Below are positions 23,211 through 35,249 of a DNA stretch of 64,000 nucleotides, in pieces. This stretch comes from Selaginella moellendorffii. Lineage: Eukaryota; Plantae; Lycopodiophyta. Under the pieces are notes generated by a model. It was not told the origin of the DNA. It did not search any database and was given only the letters and a program-made list of their open reading frames with translations. Each line of letters opens with the position of its first letter. The stretch's first letter is position 1. The DNA lies in NCBI RefSeq assembly GCF_000143415.4, contig NW_003314302.1, positions 1,529,208-1,593,207 of the forward strand, given 5' to 3'. Both the position numbers and the translations under genes were made by a program.

Positions 23211-24563
23211 ATGGCGGTGGCGGCCGCGCAGGCGCCCTTGCAGGTAAGGCAACTCTAGCTGCTAGATTTCTCTCTCATATGCCTTTCAGCTCAATGGATT
23301 CCACTGCGCCGCCGCAGAGCCTGGTAAGAACAGTGATTTTCTGTTCTCGATCTCAAAATTTCGTCTAGATTTGGAGGCTGAGCTACCACGCAACTCGTTC
23401 TCACTGTCTCGTCACATTGAGAGGTCGTGGGATCACTGGAGACGCATTGGAGCTCCGAAGTTCATGGTGGCGCCCATGGTGGATCAATCCGAGCTGCCCT
23501 TCCGGATGCTGTGTAGAAAATATGGGGCCACTGGAGCCTACACTCCAATGCTCCACGCTCGTCTCTTCTCGGAAGATAGAAAATATCGAAACTACGAGTT
23601 CACGACTTGTCCGGTAAATGAAAAGCCTTCGTTTTTCTTTGTTACTTTTCTCTGCTGCTTTTGTTTTCTTACAACGTCATGGCAGGAAGATCGGCCATTG
23701 CTGATACAATTTTGTGCTAATAACCCGGATACGTTGCTCGCAGCAGCAAAACTCGTGGAACCATTTTGCGACTACATTGACATCAACCTGGGGTAAGAAG
23801 CTCTACGGTTTCTCTATAACTTATCGCTGGCTATGGCTATCCCAGGTGTCCGCAAAGGATAGCCAAGCGAGGAAACTATGGAGCGTTCCTCATGGATGAC
23901 TTACCTCTAGTTCAGGCACTGGTAACAAAGCTCGTCTCCAACTTGGACGTTCCAGTTTCGTGCAAGATTCGGATGTTTCCCAGCCTCGACGACACCATCT
24001 CATACGCAAAGATGCTGGAGAGCTCGGGGTGCTCGCTGCTGGCAGTCCACGGCCGGACGAGGGAGCAAAAGTGCTCGAGAACAGTGAGAGCCGACTGGGA
24101 GGTGATCCGAGCAGTGAAGCAGGCTTTGCGAATTCCCGTTTTGGCGAATGGAAACATTCGCTCGCTGGAAGACGCCGAGAGATGCATCCAGGAAACAGGA
24201 GTGGACGGTGTTTTGTCTGCGGAATCACTGCTCGAGAATCCAGCGCTCTTTGCTGGATACAGAACTTTCAAACCCAGTGACAGCGAGGACGACGAGCAGG
24301 GGTCGAGTAAACTTATGATCGATCCTGTGACTTTGCTCATGGAATACTTGGATCAGTGCGAGAAGTATCCGGCTCCGGACAAGTGTATCCGTGCTCATGT
24401 TCACAGGCTGCTGGGTGAATGGTTTCGAGTTCATCCTGATCTTCGCGAGAAACTGAACAGGGAACACAAGGTGGATAGTACCTGGCTGAGGGATCTGGGA
24501 AGGGAGATGTTGGAAAGGATGAGACCAAAGCTTGGTGAAGTTGCTGAGGAAGCCAGTGACTAA
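23211..24563 (+). CDS. tRNA-dihydrouridine synthase, DUS1-like; exons 23211-23243, 23290-23323, 23369-23613, 23686-23792, 23846-24563
   Basis: VAPMVDQSELPFR, DINLGCPQ, SCKIR, VHGRT, ANGNI; in-phase GT-AG introns; upstream telo-box. Confidence 0.93.
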
Positions 24564-25705
24564 ACTAAGAGTTTTCAAGATTTTTGGACTCGAAGCACTC
24601 AGATTTTTTCTTCCAGATATGGGGTTATGTTTTTGGCGGAGATGGTGATTCCTGATAATTTTCTGAGTGCAGAACTTATTACGGGTCATTAGCAGACCAC
24701 AAATTTTATGGTAATCTGCCCATAAACAATGTATATGTATATGTATTATATAAATTGATTTATAGATTTAAATATACAAAAGATTGGTGAATCTTAAAAT
24801 TTTGGTATCGCATTATATAAGTAGGTTCAATACAAAATTTAGTAATAAGATTGGTGAATTCTAAATTTCAACATCATTCATAGAAAATCTATATCTTCAT
24901 ATAATTAAGTTATTATGAATCTGTTAGTTTTCTGAATATTTAGTAATTAACCCAATTAGTTTTTTTTAAAATAATTTTTATTGGATCTAAGATCATAGTT
25001 TATAGATTCTAATAAATCAATATAAATTGTAAAAAACAATATAATTACAATTTGTAACTCATGTGAGATTTAGATATATTGTCATTGTGATCTTTAAAAC
25101 TTTAAAAAATATATAGGGATAAAATACACATTAAAAGCCAAAGCCAAAAAGATGGTCTTATATTTCAAATAATTTTGTTGTGAAACTATATTGGCAAGTC
25201 TCTTTATGCATTAAGAGCTTGTTTATTATGTAATTACCTCTTTTTCAATTTATGCTACATATAGTATCGGAGTACATAGTATGGGTTTGATTTTTATTAA
25301 TTAATGGTTACTTAAAATATAATATGCCCTTGAGAAAAATATATTCTTACCCTTAAAATTAAAATCATGCATTTATAAATATGCTATTTGTCATGTAAAA
25401 CATCTACAGACAAAGGGATCTAATATAAGATTACAATATGAGGGGATGACCAATTATTTCACACAGACATTGATATCTTTAAAGAGGGTGAGTATAGCTT
25501 ATGTGATTATAAAATGAAAATTATATATATTATCAGTATGAATTTTTGGAACTTTAAGGGATATATAGGGATAAAATACCCATTTAAGCAATTTCCCCTT
25601 TTCTAATTGATTAAAGGGAGAGAGATAAAGTGTATTACACAATTAATTCTAAAAATTCAATTTCAAAATATAAGCATTTATTCTTATAGTTATTTGTGCT
25701 AAATT

Positions 25706-26107
25706 TTAGCACTGGTTACCATCAATTGAATCATATTGAGGTGTGGATAAACCAGGTTTGTTTGGATTTAATTCTTTATATATCGGAAAGGTGCAAGTAA
25801 TTCCATTCCTTGATACTTGAACATAATCCACAGTCCAAGGAGCACTTATTCATTGAAATCCACTAGAAGAAAGTCCATGTCTCATTGAGAAAAAATTAAT
25901 TCATGTCCCACTCCTTGTATATTGATTAAGAGAACATGCTTCAAAATCATTGCCATCATTGTTTAAATTGTAAAAATAAACTGTTGTCTCTGCTATTTGA
26001 TTAAATGTTGGAGCAAAGGCAATAGTTACAGATACATCTCCATCAGTGCCATATCTATTTAAAATATTTCCACATTTAGTTTAAATTGTAATTTCATAGT
26101 TGCACTG
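25706..26107 (-). pseudogene. PLAT/LH2 (ATS3-like) domain pseudogene
   Basis: CNYEITI*TKCG..GTDGDVSVTI...NDFEACSLNQY..G*...WTVDYVQV..GITCTFPIY, containing stops. Confidence 0.6.
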
Positions 26108-26373
26108 CAAAAATTTTGTAAAATTAATTAGTAAGTAGGAAAATAATACTAACAACACAAATTCCATAAATAACAATGTAAACTAAAACTTATTCCTAAC
26201 ACAAAAATGCTCTTATTTAAATGCACAAATACTGGTGACCTATAAAGGTCCCGAGTAAAAATTTCTAGAGAGAGATTATTTTGTATTCGGTCCAAGAAAC
26301 GGTCTGGTCAACATTCAAACTTCAAAGGCCTAAAGGAAAGAGCCCTAATTTCCGAAAGGGGAAAAGCAAAGCC

Positions 26374-27079
26374 ATGAATCTTCTTCATGCTCTTGTTCTT
26401 CTTCTTCCTCCTCTGGCGCTGGGCAGCATTCGTGCAGACGCGATCGCTCCCTCCGGCCCAGCGGTGGAGGACTGCCAATCGCTCCAACCGCTGCTCTCGC
26501 CGTGCGTACCTTACGTCCAGGCCCGCCAGGCGGCTCCATCGGACGATTGCTGCACGGGTCTTGAGCACGTCGTCCGATCCAATGCGAGCTGCGCCTGCGA
26601 TCTCAAGCCCATGGCCTCGGGCGTCGCGAGAGACAATGTGACACTCGCCATGCTCGATCTTCCCAAGCTCTGCAGCCTCGCAGTCTTTGATCCCTCTTCC
26701 ACTTGCAACATCCGAGGTAAACTTCCTCTCGCTCTTCTTCCTTCCAGTCCTGGAATGGATCCAAAGTTCCTTCGTTAGTTCCTGGTCTTTTGCTCGTTCT
26801 CTGGATCGATGAACTGTTCTTCTTCGAAGTCCCTGTTTATTGCCTGTTTCCTTTTCCTTGATGCTCGGCACCATCAATGACTTTCCAGTTTCTTTGGCAG
26901 CGAGCTCTTTGTCACCACCTCCAAGTTTCATGCCCCCTACACCACTGATACTCTCGTCCGCGGATTATTCCTGGAGCTCACGGCCATGGATGCTCCCAGT
27001 CTTTCTCGTCGCGATAGATTTTTTTCTCATCTATCAGTTTTCCACTCGATTCGATGCAGCTGCGCAAGTAAAAAAGTGA
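26374..27079 (+). CDS. Non-specific lipid-transfer protein, probably GPI-anchored type (LTPG)
   Basis: Signal peptide, 8-Cys motif C-C-CC-CxC-C-C, intron after the last Cys (26717-26888, possible 6-nt micro-exon 26779-26784), Pro/Ser linker and hydrophobic tail. Confidence 0.85.
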
Positions 27080-27579
27080 TTTTGTTCTTTATTAGTTCGT
27101 TGCCATCAAGAGAAAGACTAACGGACTAAACAAATGCAAGCTTTTGGTTTGTTTTCTTCGATCGCCGCCCATGGATGACTATCTGCCTTTGTTTATCGAT
27201 TTCTCTCGTCTTTTGATGTTGCACGAAGTGAAGGACTCCACAAAAGCTACGGAAACAATGGCCCGCCACGATACAAGAAAGGACTTTCCTGGAATCATTT
27301 TGGTATGAACTCAAGGACACGGGAATATCTTACAGCTCGAGTAGCTTTTTCGTACTTTTTCCACTCCACAACGTTGATTGAGAACCACCGGATATGCACT
27401 ACATTGCTTCAGATAAAAGTGATAAGATCTGGTGTCCTTGGAAGAACATCTTTGACTTCTCGAGATTCCTGCCAGCAGACGGTCAGAATCTCAAACAGTA
27501 GCGATCCCAAAGTGCTAAAGACATGGCAAACCTTGTATAAATTATAAGCGGAGACCTCCACAGACGATGTCAAGTAGCC

Positions 27580-28821
27580 ATGAAGTTCGAGTCCAGGCAG
27601 CACGATATCATCAAGCCAAAGCTTCCTTCTCCAGCACGGGAGCCGATAGCTCTGTGTGTCCTCGATCAAATCTCAGCTCGCAACTACATAACGTTTGTCT
27701 TGCTGTTTGCACCACCTCAGGATCAGCCACTGTCCTCGGAAAGTCTCAAGAAATCCCTGTCCGGAGCACTGTCCGTGTGTTATCCTTTGGCAGGCCGCTA
27801 TCGACTCCTCCCCGGCGACAAAGGCCTCGAGCTGGAATGCAACGATCGTGGAGTTGACTTCTTCGAGGCATCTATGGATGAAAAGCTGGAGAGCTTTGAG
27901 GAGTCACGCTGCAACGTCCTGTGTCCCTGTGGCGAGTTTCCAGCCGAAGATGTCACGGAAGTTCCTCTACTGCTCGTCCAGTTGACAAGATTTAAATGCG
28001 GAGGCTGGAGCTTGGGCGTAGCGATGCATCACAATGTTGGAGATGGAGCTGCCATGGACCTGTTCATGAAAACGTGGTCTCACTTTGCTTCAGGAGGCCA
28101 TGATCCCGTTCACCCTCCCTGTTTCGATCGTTCCTTCTTCAATTCCAGCAAGATCTCGCCGGCTCTAGAGTATGGCCAGGATTATACTTCTCTTTTCAAG
28201 ACCTCTGCCAAGATCAAGCCTTGCATGTTTCGCTTCACCAGCAGCCAGATCCAAGTTTTGAAGAACCAATGCGATGGAAACTACACCCGCTTCGAAGTCT
28301 TGGCAGCTCACATCTGGAAATACAGCACCAAGCTTCGTAAAAAAGCGTGGAAGGAAGCCAAGCTTGTCATACCTGTGGATGGAAGGACTCGACTTCCGGG
28401 TCTTCCCAAGGAGTACTTTGGAAACGCGACTTTCTCCGCGCAAGCCATCGCTCAAGTTGACGAGCTGGTGGCAAAACCACTGTCTTTTGCCGCAAAGATT
28501 GTCCACGACGCCATCCAGAACGTATCAGGCGTTTACATCGGCGGGTTCTTGGATTGGATCCAGCAGCAGCACAACGTCGACATGATTCCATCACTGTGGT
28601 CGGAACCAATCGTGCTTACCAGCTGGACTCGATTTTCTCTGTACGAGCTGGAATTTGGATGCGGGACGCCTGTGCTTGTCACCAGCCCTGGAGTGCGATT
28701 GGCCGATACCGTCGTCTTTCTCCCGTGGTCGAGAGATGGAACCATGACCGTTGTCATCCAGCTTGGTGAGGAGGAGAGGGAAAATTTGCTTGCCAGCCCC
28801 GAGTTCCTGGTTACTCCTTGA
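27580..28821 (+). CDS. BAHD acyltransferase (intronless)
   Basis: YPLAGR, LLLVQLTRFKCGG, HxxxD (HNVGD), YFGN, DFGWG variant EFGCG; TATA at about 27536. Confidence 0.95.
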   Translation: MKFESRQHDIIKPKLPSPAREPIALCVLDQISARNYITFVLLFAPPQDQPLSSESLKKSLSGALSVCYPLAGRYRLLPGDKGLELECNDRGVDFFEASMDEKLESFEESRCNVLCPCGEFPAEDVTEVPLLLVQLTRFKCGGWSLGVAMHHNVGDGAAMDLFMKTWSHFASGGHDPVHPPCFDRSFFNSSKISPALEYGQDYTSLFKTSAKIKPCMFRFTSSQIQVLKNQCDGNYTRFEVLAAHIWKYSTKLRKKAWKEAKLVIPVDGRTRLPGLPKEYFGNATFSAQAIAQVDELVAKPLSFAAKIVHDAIQNVSGVYIGGFLDWIQQQHNVDMIPSLWSEPIVLTSWTRFSLYELEFGCGTPVLVTSPGVRLADTVVFLPWSRDGTMTVVIQLGEEERENLLASPEFLVTP

Positions 28822-29159
28822 ATCATCTGTGGATTAAATATAAATAACGTCAGCAGTGTGATAGAACAATGCCGGGATCTCGTCCTATCCTCCACAGAAC
28901 TTGCAAAACACGAACGATCAAGAAGCTCAGGCTCCGGCAAGATTCACATGAAAGGATCCAAGAAACGCGAGAAATCCTACGAAATACAGCCCTCGCCAGG
29001 CGATCCAGAACAATGCCGTCGGTCGTCATGGGCAGAGCTACCAATCAGGAGAATGCCAGGAAATCACAGCGCTCACCTCGCGATTCCGAAATATATCGCT
29101 AGAGCCCTAGAAATGCGAGGGTTAGTTATTTTTAGTAAGTAACTATAAATGGGAAAGCA

Positions 29160-29672
29160 AAAGGCTAAAGGTAGTTAGTTAAAGGATTATATAAGTTAAG
29201 GGTTTAAAAGAGGATGGGTTGGCGATGAAAGTGTTGACGATTCGGATCTTTTGGGCAAGGATTCTTGCTATCAAATAAGTTCCACATCTTCTTCAAACAC
29301 AAAGTGGAGACCCCAGAAGTAACAAAGCTCACTGGTTTCGACTCTTTGGCAAGAGATTGACCAAGGGCGACGTAGATACACTACACACGTGGATCATCTC
29401 TGTCCAGGAGGAGTCGAAGCTCCCAAAACTTGACTAGAAGACTTCCATGGAGTTCGTGGCGCTGTGTTAACTTTGCTAGCATCATAAACCTTTTATCATT
29501 TTCCATTTCTTACATTTAATTTGAACGAAAGTGATTCCAAACTTTGGTGCCAAGGGATTCATGAGTAAAAGTAGACAATGAGCAAGCTCTCCCTCACATA
29601 ATAAATGCATTGCGTTGTGATCAAGCCCCAACCACTCTTCCCCTTCATACTCCCAAACTGCACCTTTTTCGT
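29160..29672. pseudogene. B3-domain gene relic (paralogue of 39274-40053), C-terminal half inverted
   Basis: Plus strand KWRP..LFGKRLTKGDV..MEFV; minus strand EKGAVWE..GLITTQCIYYVRE..PKFGITF. Confidence 0.75.
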
Positions 29673-32390
29673 GAATAACTTATGAGGTGATGGTTTTAAA
29701 AAGCATATAGTAGGTCTGTGTATCTTGCTAGAAAGCAAAATATTCACAAGAGAACAAGGATGCCTCGAAAGAAGAGTGGCATGTTGACTAAGCCAAGGCC
29801 CTCTTTGATGGAATGGATGAAGGTCAACAATTAGTACCCTAATTTTACACAAGTCTATATTTAAAGGTAATGGTTTAGGAAAAGCTTTTAGAATGCCAAA
29901 ATATCACAATTTTTCTATTATTATTATTATTGTTATTTTATAGGACATTGTAAAGTGAAGAATTATCGGTATTATAATATTCTAGAAATATGCATAACGA
30001 TAAGGAAAAAGAATTTTTGCAATTTTTACTAATTTTTTTATTTTTTATCTATGCAAGTTGTAAATTATTTGAATATTTTCAATTCCAAGCCCCTAAACAA
30101 ACATAATGTAGATATAAAAATTTATTTTTATTCATGTTTATATTTATTCATTATTTAGGGTTAATAGATGTAATGAAGCCATATATTCATAATTTGATTG
30201 TAGATGGTCAATTTTTATTTCACTTTAAAATCAAGTGAAAAATTATTTTTATACCCATCAATTTCCTCATCACTATTGATGAAAATATTTCTCATTGCAT
30301 GGGTTTCCTAATGATTGCATTAAAAAAACAAGAAATTTTTACAAAACTAAAAAGATGTCAAATAAATTAATTATAACATCCATGCTCAAAACTATGGAAA
30401 ATGACAAAACTATTATAGAGAAATCAAAAGGTTATACATAAAAAATTTATTTATATTAAAGTTCTAAATAAATAAATAAAAATAATATAGATATTGCTCA
30501 ACTAAACTAGTGAGCAAATAAATATTTAATTTTAGTTAGCATAATAGTTTTTTAAAAGAAACTTATAAATGTGATTTATTATTTATATTAAAAGATTCAA
30601 AACATCATTGAAAAAACAAAGCAAAATCTTATCTTAAAATAATTGTAGAAAATGATTTATATTTAGATCTGTACACTTCTATAATTAATAACAATGAATG
30701 TTCATTTTCTAATGTTTTAACATAGATAAAAGTAACAAAATAAAAATTATAATTTGATGGTATTATAAATAATTCTTTAACTAATTTTAATATATATGTA
30801 CATGAATTCATTAATTTAATTTTCAAATATAGCAATTTTACTCCTATAAATATAGATATGTTTAAAAACTTAATTCAATACTTAGTATATATATTAATAA
30901 TAGTCCACACCAAAAAAATTATTACCAATTTTGTATATTTAAAAACAATGTGTACAAAATACTTTAAATTAATTAATATTGAGGAAACATGATTGGAAAA
31001 GGAGATCTACATGTGGAGGAGAACTTGATTTACATTGAACAATTAAAATTGAGAAAATAGTTTTAGGAAAAGCTTTTTTTTATCATGGTTTTTTACTTAA
31101 TCAAGTAAAGATTATCACTACTTAATTTTCACACGTGTATTCTACATATTTGCCAAAAACTTTAAGCATTAATCATATAGTAATATTAGTGCAAGATTAT
31201 GTTCTATTTTTTACTTTTAAATAATAATGATTTAATAATATATTTTATTTTTATCATACATTGATGTAAATTATATTTATCTTTGTTAAATGTTGTAAGC
31301 TCATAAATTTATTACCAAGCAGTTTATATTTTTTGTGTAAAAAATGATTTGTAAAATTAGATTTTTACTTGCCAAACAATGAATGTTAATCAATATAGTA
31401 AGTTGACAGTAATATATTTCAGGACATTATTATGAATGGAGCATTGATGTAACATTAGGGACTTTTGTTTTTTTTTTAAATATTGTATTATACAGATTTA
31501 TAATTCTATAAATTTAAATCTTTATTGAAAAGATTTTCCCTTTCATTTTATTGTATCTAGGAATATATAATTTTAAAACATTTATCTTATACTTGTTGTT
31601 CTCATGAGAGAATATTCAGGTGGATAATAACTTTTATGTTTTCGCACTTACTTTGATGCATCAACATTAGGTTTTCTCCACAATGTAATCACAAGATTTT
31701 GTATACTTTGTGCATGACATAAGCATAGGAAAAACTTTTATCCCTTAAAATCATGTGGTGAAAATAAAAAAGTAGATTTTCTGAAAAACTAAAAACTGAA
31801 TTAAACTGAAAAAGAATAAAAGAAAAGAACAACACATAAATCTAGAAATAACTATAATATCTGTCTTGGTGTTTTACTGAAATCATGCTGGAAGAAGATT
31901 TAAAACAATCTACCTTCTAATCCTACAGCTCTACCATATTTTGTATAACAAGCTTCTGAGAGTCAAAGAGCCAGGATCTGGAGGGATGACTCTTGGTTGC
32001 CGCACCAGCCCTTGGAGCAGCAGCAAGCAACAGCAATGCAGAGTGCATTGTCATCCCTGAATTAAGTTGGTTAAATATTTATACATTGCCACCATATGCC
32101 TGCCATCTTGGTACCCACATTATTATGCCAGCTGAATTGGCTAAAAGGCTGAGATCAATTTAAAAAGACTACAGAAAGCAAAAAGTAACAGGAGCTACAT
32201 TTCAGTGGCCAGAAACATGTTTGAATCGGTTCCTCCATTGCAGCAAGACGGAGCCGATTATCTCACTCCAGATCGCCAGAGAAACTGGCAACTCCCAGTA
32301 GATCCCCTCGAAGGATCTCCAAACAAAGAAAGTCTCACACTTCCTGGAGCAGCCGCGGGAGAACGAAAAGCCTTCACAGGGTGCCACGTG

Positions 32391-34092
32391 TCACCCAGCG
32401 AAAAAGGAGAGTACCCGACCGTACACCTTGTCCTTGGCATTGAGGCCAAGCACGAAATCAAAATGGGCATAGTCGGGAATAAAGACGTGCTGTGGGCGCG
32501 AGGGGAGCTCCGCGATCAGGCGATCCACGTCCGTTGGATCCGAGAGCGCGTCACGCCCGCCGTTGATGAGGAGCAAGGGGAGTTGACTCGGGATGCCGGT
32601 CAAGTCGTACGAGGGCGGCGACTTTGACCGGTACCGCCGGAAGTTCTCGGTCGCGCCATAGTCAAACTTGCAGAAGGTCTGCGTACGGTACTCTGTACGA
32701 TACAAGCATTTGTTTCCCGGAAAATTGGAAGGGAACACTTTTCTGAGCTTACGCTGTGCGAAGTGCTTCATGTTCTTGGCGGAGGTGTCTTGGAGCTCGT
32801 AGTTGTCGTAGAATTCCCATCGGCTGTTGTTCAAGCAGCAATTGTTCCCTGTTTTGGAAGATCCGAGTGAAATTCACGGAAAGGAAGATTACATACCAGT
32901 GAGAAGTGTGATCCAGTTCTTCTGGCAGAAGTTGATGTTGTTTGGGCAGAGGTAATCCAGGAGCTGCTTTCCAGTCCGTCTGTTTTGGAGCAGAAAAACT
33001 ATGAGTGACACACGAACTTCCGAAAGCTTACGAGCGATAGGTGAGGCTGAACTGATAGATATGAAGAGCGTCATAAATCTGCAAAAGTCGAGAACCTTAA
33101 TGAAAAACCATTCAGTGCAAAGTTAAGAAAACGGGTCGATTCTACCTTATCAAGTTGTATGGCTATCCCGGCAAGTCCGATAGGTGAAGTAAAATGGTGA
33201 AGATAAGCGATGGGAGCGAGCATTACTGCCTTCTCGATGTATTCTACCAATTGGCCTTGAGAGAATGCTGCAAATGCTGCTTGTGTTCCCTGGTTGTGGA
33301 GAAGAAAGCCGAAACTAAAAGAAAAGAGAAAAGAGTGCTGGATACCTCGGAATACCCAATGAACTTGATCTGCCTGCCAGTGACGGCATACGTATGCTTG
33401 ATCATCGCAGAGAGGTCATACCGTGACAATTCATCCATACTCCAGTCCCAGAAGCCCTGCAAGAAAAGATTGTTTCGTCACATAAAACTTTCGAGAGAGA
33501 ACACTCACTTGATCGCTTCTCCTGTAAGAAACATGGCCGTAACTGAAGCTTGTAGTGCGCGTGTTTCCAAGCCACACATCATAACCGGCATCTGCGAGGA
33601 TATATGGCAAAGATTCAGAGGGAGGATTGAGCACCCAGATATCACCACCCTACAAGAACAAAACAACAAAATGAAAAAGAGAAAAGAAGAGTAACCATAG
33701 TGCCCAAAAACGGAGGAAAATGAAACTTACGATAAGAACTCCATGATACAAGAAGACAGGGCCTCGGCTTGCAGGAGACTTTGGACTCTTGATCCTCTGG
33801 ACACCAAGAAGAAAACTGTCCTCCGTTGTCACCTGATTCACAGACCCAAAGCTTAGTTTCCAGACTTCCCTCTGCAAACATCAAACTTTACCATGTACTC
33901 CTGGCAGTCGTAGCTGTATGGATGAACCAGCTGCCTGCACAGACCATCGCTCCTTTCGATCCTCTGCGCTGGTGGAGCAACTGCTAGTGCTACTGGCTCC
34001 CGTTGTTGCAAGACAACTGCGACGATCAGGGGGAGAAATCTTAGTAAAATTTGCTGCCTTAACTGTCGGCACAACGAGAAATCAGCCGCCAT
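32391..34092 (-). CDS. Triacylglycerol lipase, acid/gastric-lipase family (plant LIP1/LIP2-like), about 9 exons
   Basis: VTTEDSFLL, HGVL, LADAGYDVWLGNTR, WDWSMDEL, nucleophile G-Y-S-E-G, DALSD, YAHFDF. Confidence 0.92.
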
Positions 34093-35249
34093 TTTCAAAA
34101 AACTAGAGAACGAGAGAAGAGGCAGAAGATGCTTGTGTTGTATCTGAAAAGAGAAAAGGGAACGGAGAAGGGAAAAAAAGGAAGGGAAAAAATGCACCCA
34201 GTTGAGTTCTGGGTGTTTCACACACTAGAAATGGTACTTGGGAGTATGGCAATAAATACTAAAGCCACATAGGTCGAGCATTCAAGCTGTTGGTATAAAG
34301 GAGGGAAAAAAGAGGAGAGAGAGAGCGAGAGAGGGAGAGAAAAGAAAAATCCCTGGTTGTTGCTGATTGTCAAAAATCACTCTGTTCTTGCCGACTTTTA
34401 CGAAAGGGAAGGGAAGCAAACCTGGGGAAGTTCTCGAAGCTTGTTTTCTCGCAACCTTCTTTTGGGTACTGTCGAGATTCCCTGCCTGTAGAATCAGAAA
34501 GGAATTAGAATTTGTCGACGATGAGAAGGAAATTTTTTCTGCAAAACGAGAAGACAGTGAAGGATTTTAAGACCATGCGATGGAACACTGCTGCCTGCCA
34601 CTTACAAGAGTTTGGTGATCGAAATCAATGGAAGTTTTTAGCGTGAGATGGACTGACTGATCGAGTTAGTTGGATTTCCCTGTTAGGTGGCGAGAGAAGG
34701 GAATGGTGAGAAAACTAACAAGAAACTTTTTTGTACGAAAGAGAGAGAGAGACGTACCTTTTGGAACGAAAGAGCTGTGTAAAACGGATGCTCGAACGCA
34801 AACATAACATTTTTGTCCAGCTCGAGGAGGCTGATCGTGGTGCCAAGCCGAGCGAGTCTTCTGCTGGAATCAAAGCGATCACGAGAGGTTGTTGCGGTTA
34901 AATTGGATCGATCCCCACCTCGTGACACCTTTTCTTTCAAAACCTCCAGTTCACACTCCATTGAGTTCTATCAACAACTTTCGCACAGAGCGACTGTCAA
35001 AGACAAAACAAATCAAGACGAATACGAAAGCTTACCGAATTTCGCCACCCCAAAGTCAAAGAATTGTTCACGAAAAAGGAATGGATGGCTCGGATAAAAC
35101 TGCAGCGGCACCAAACTTTGGAAAATCAAGAGCTTTGCCTCGCTGATCACTTTTTCCTCCTTCCCAAAAGTAGAATCTTCGCTGCAAAAGATAAAGAAAA
35201 AAGAAGCCACTCCACTGAGTAGAAAGAAGATCGAAAACAGAAAACTTAC

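Noticed and set aside
26237-26268. Possible Helitron 3' end (GACCT/AGGTC hairpin followed by CTAG)
   Set aside because: Only a 5-bp stem and not followed by T; too weak
28650-28665. BAHD DFGWG variant (EFGCG) and lipase GYSEG as signs of inactivity
   Set aside because: The catalytic HxxxD and Ser-Asp-His residues are intact; such variants are tolerated
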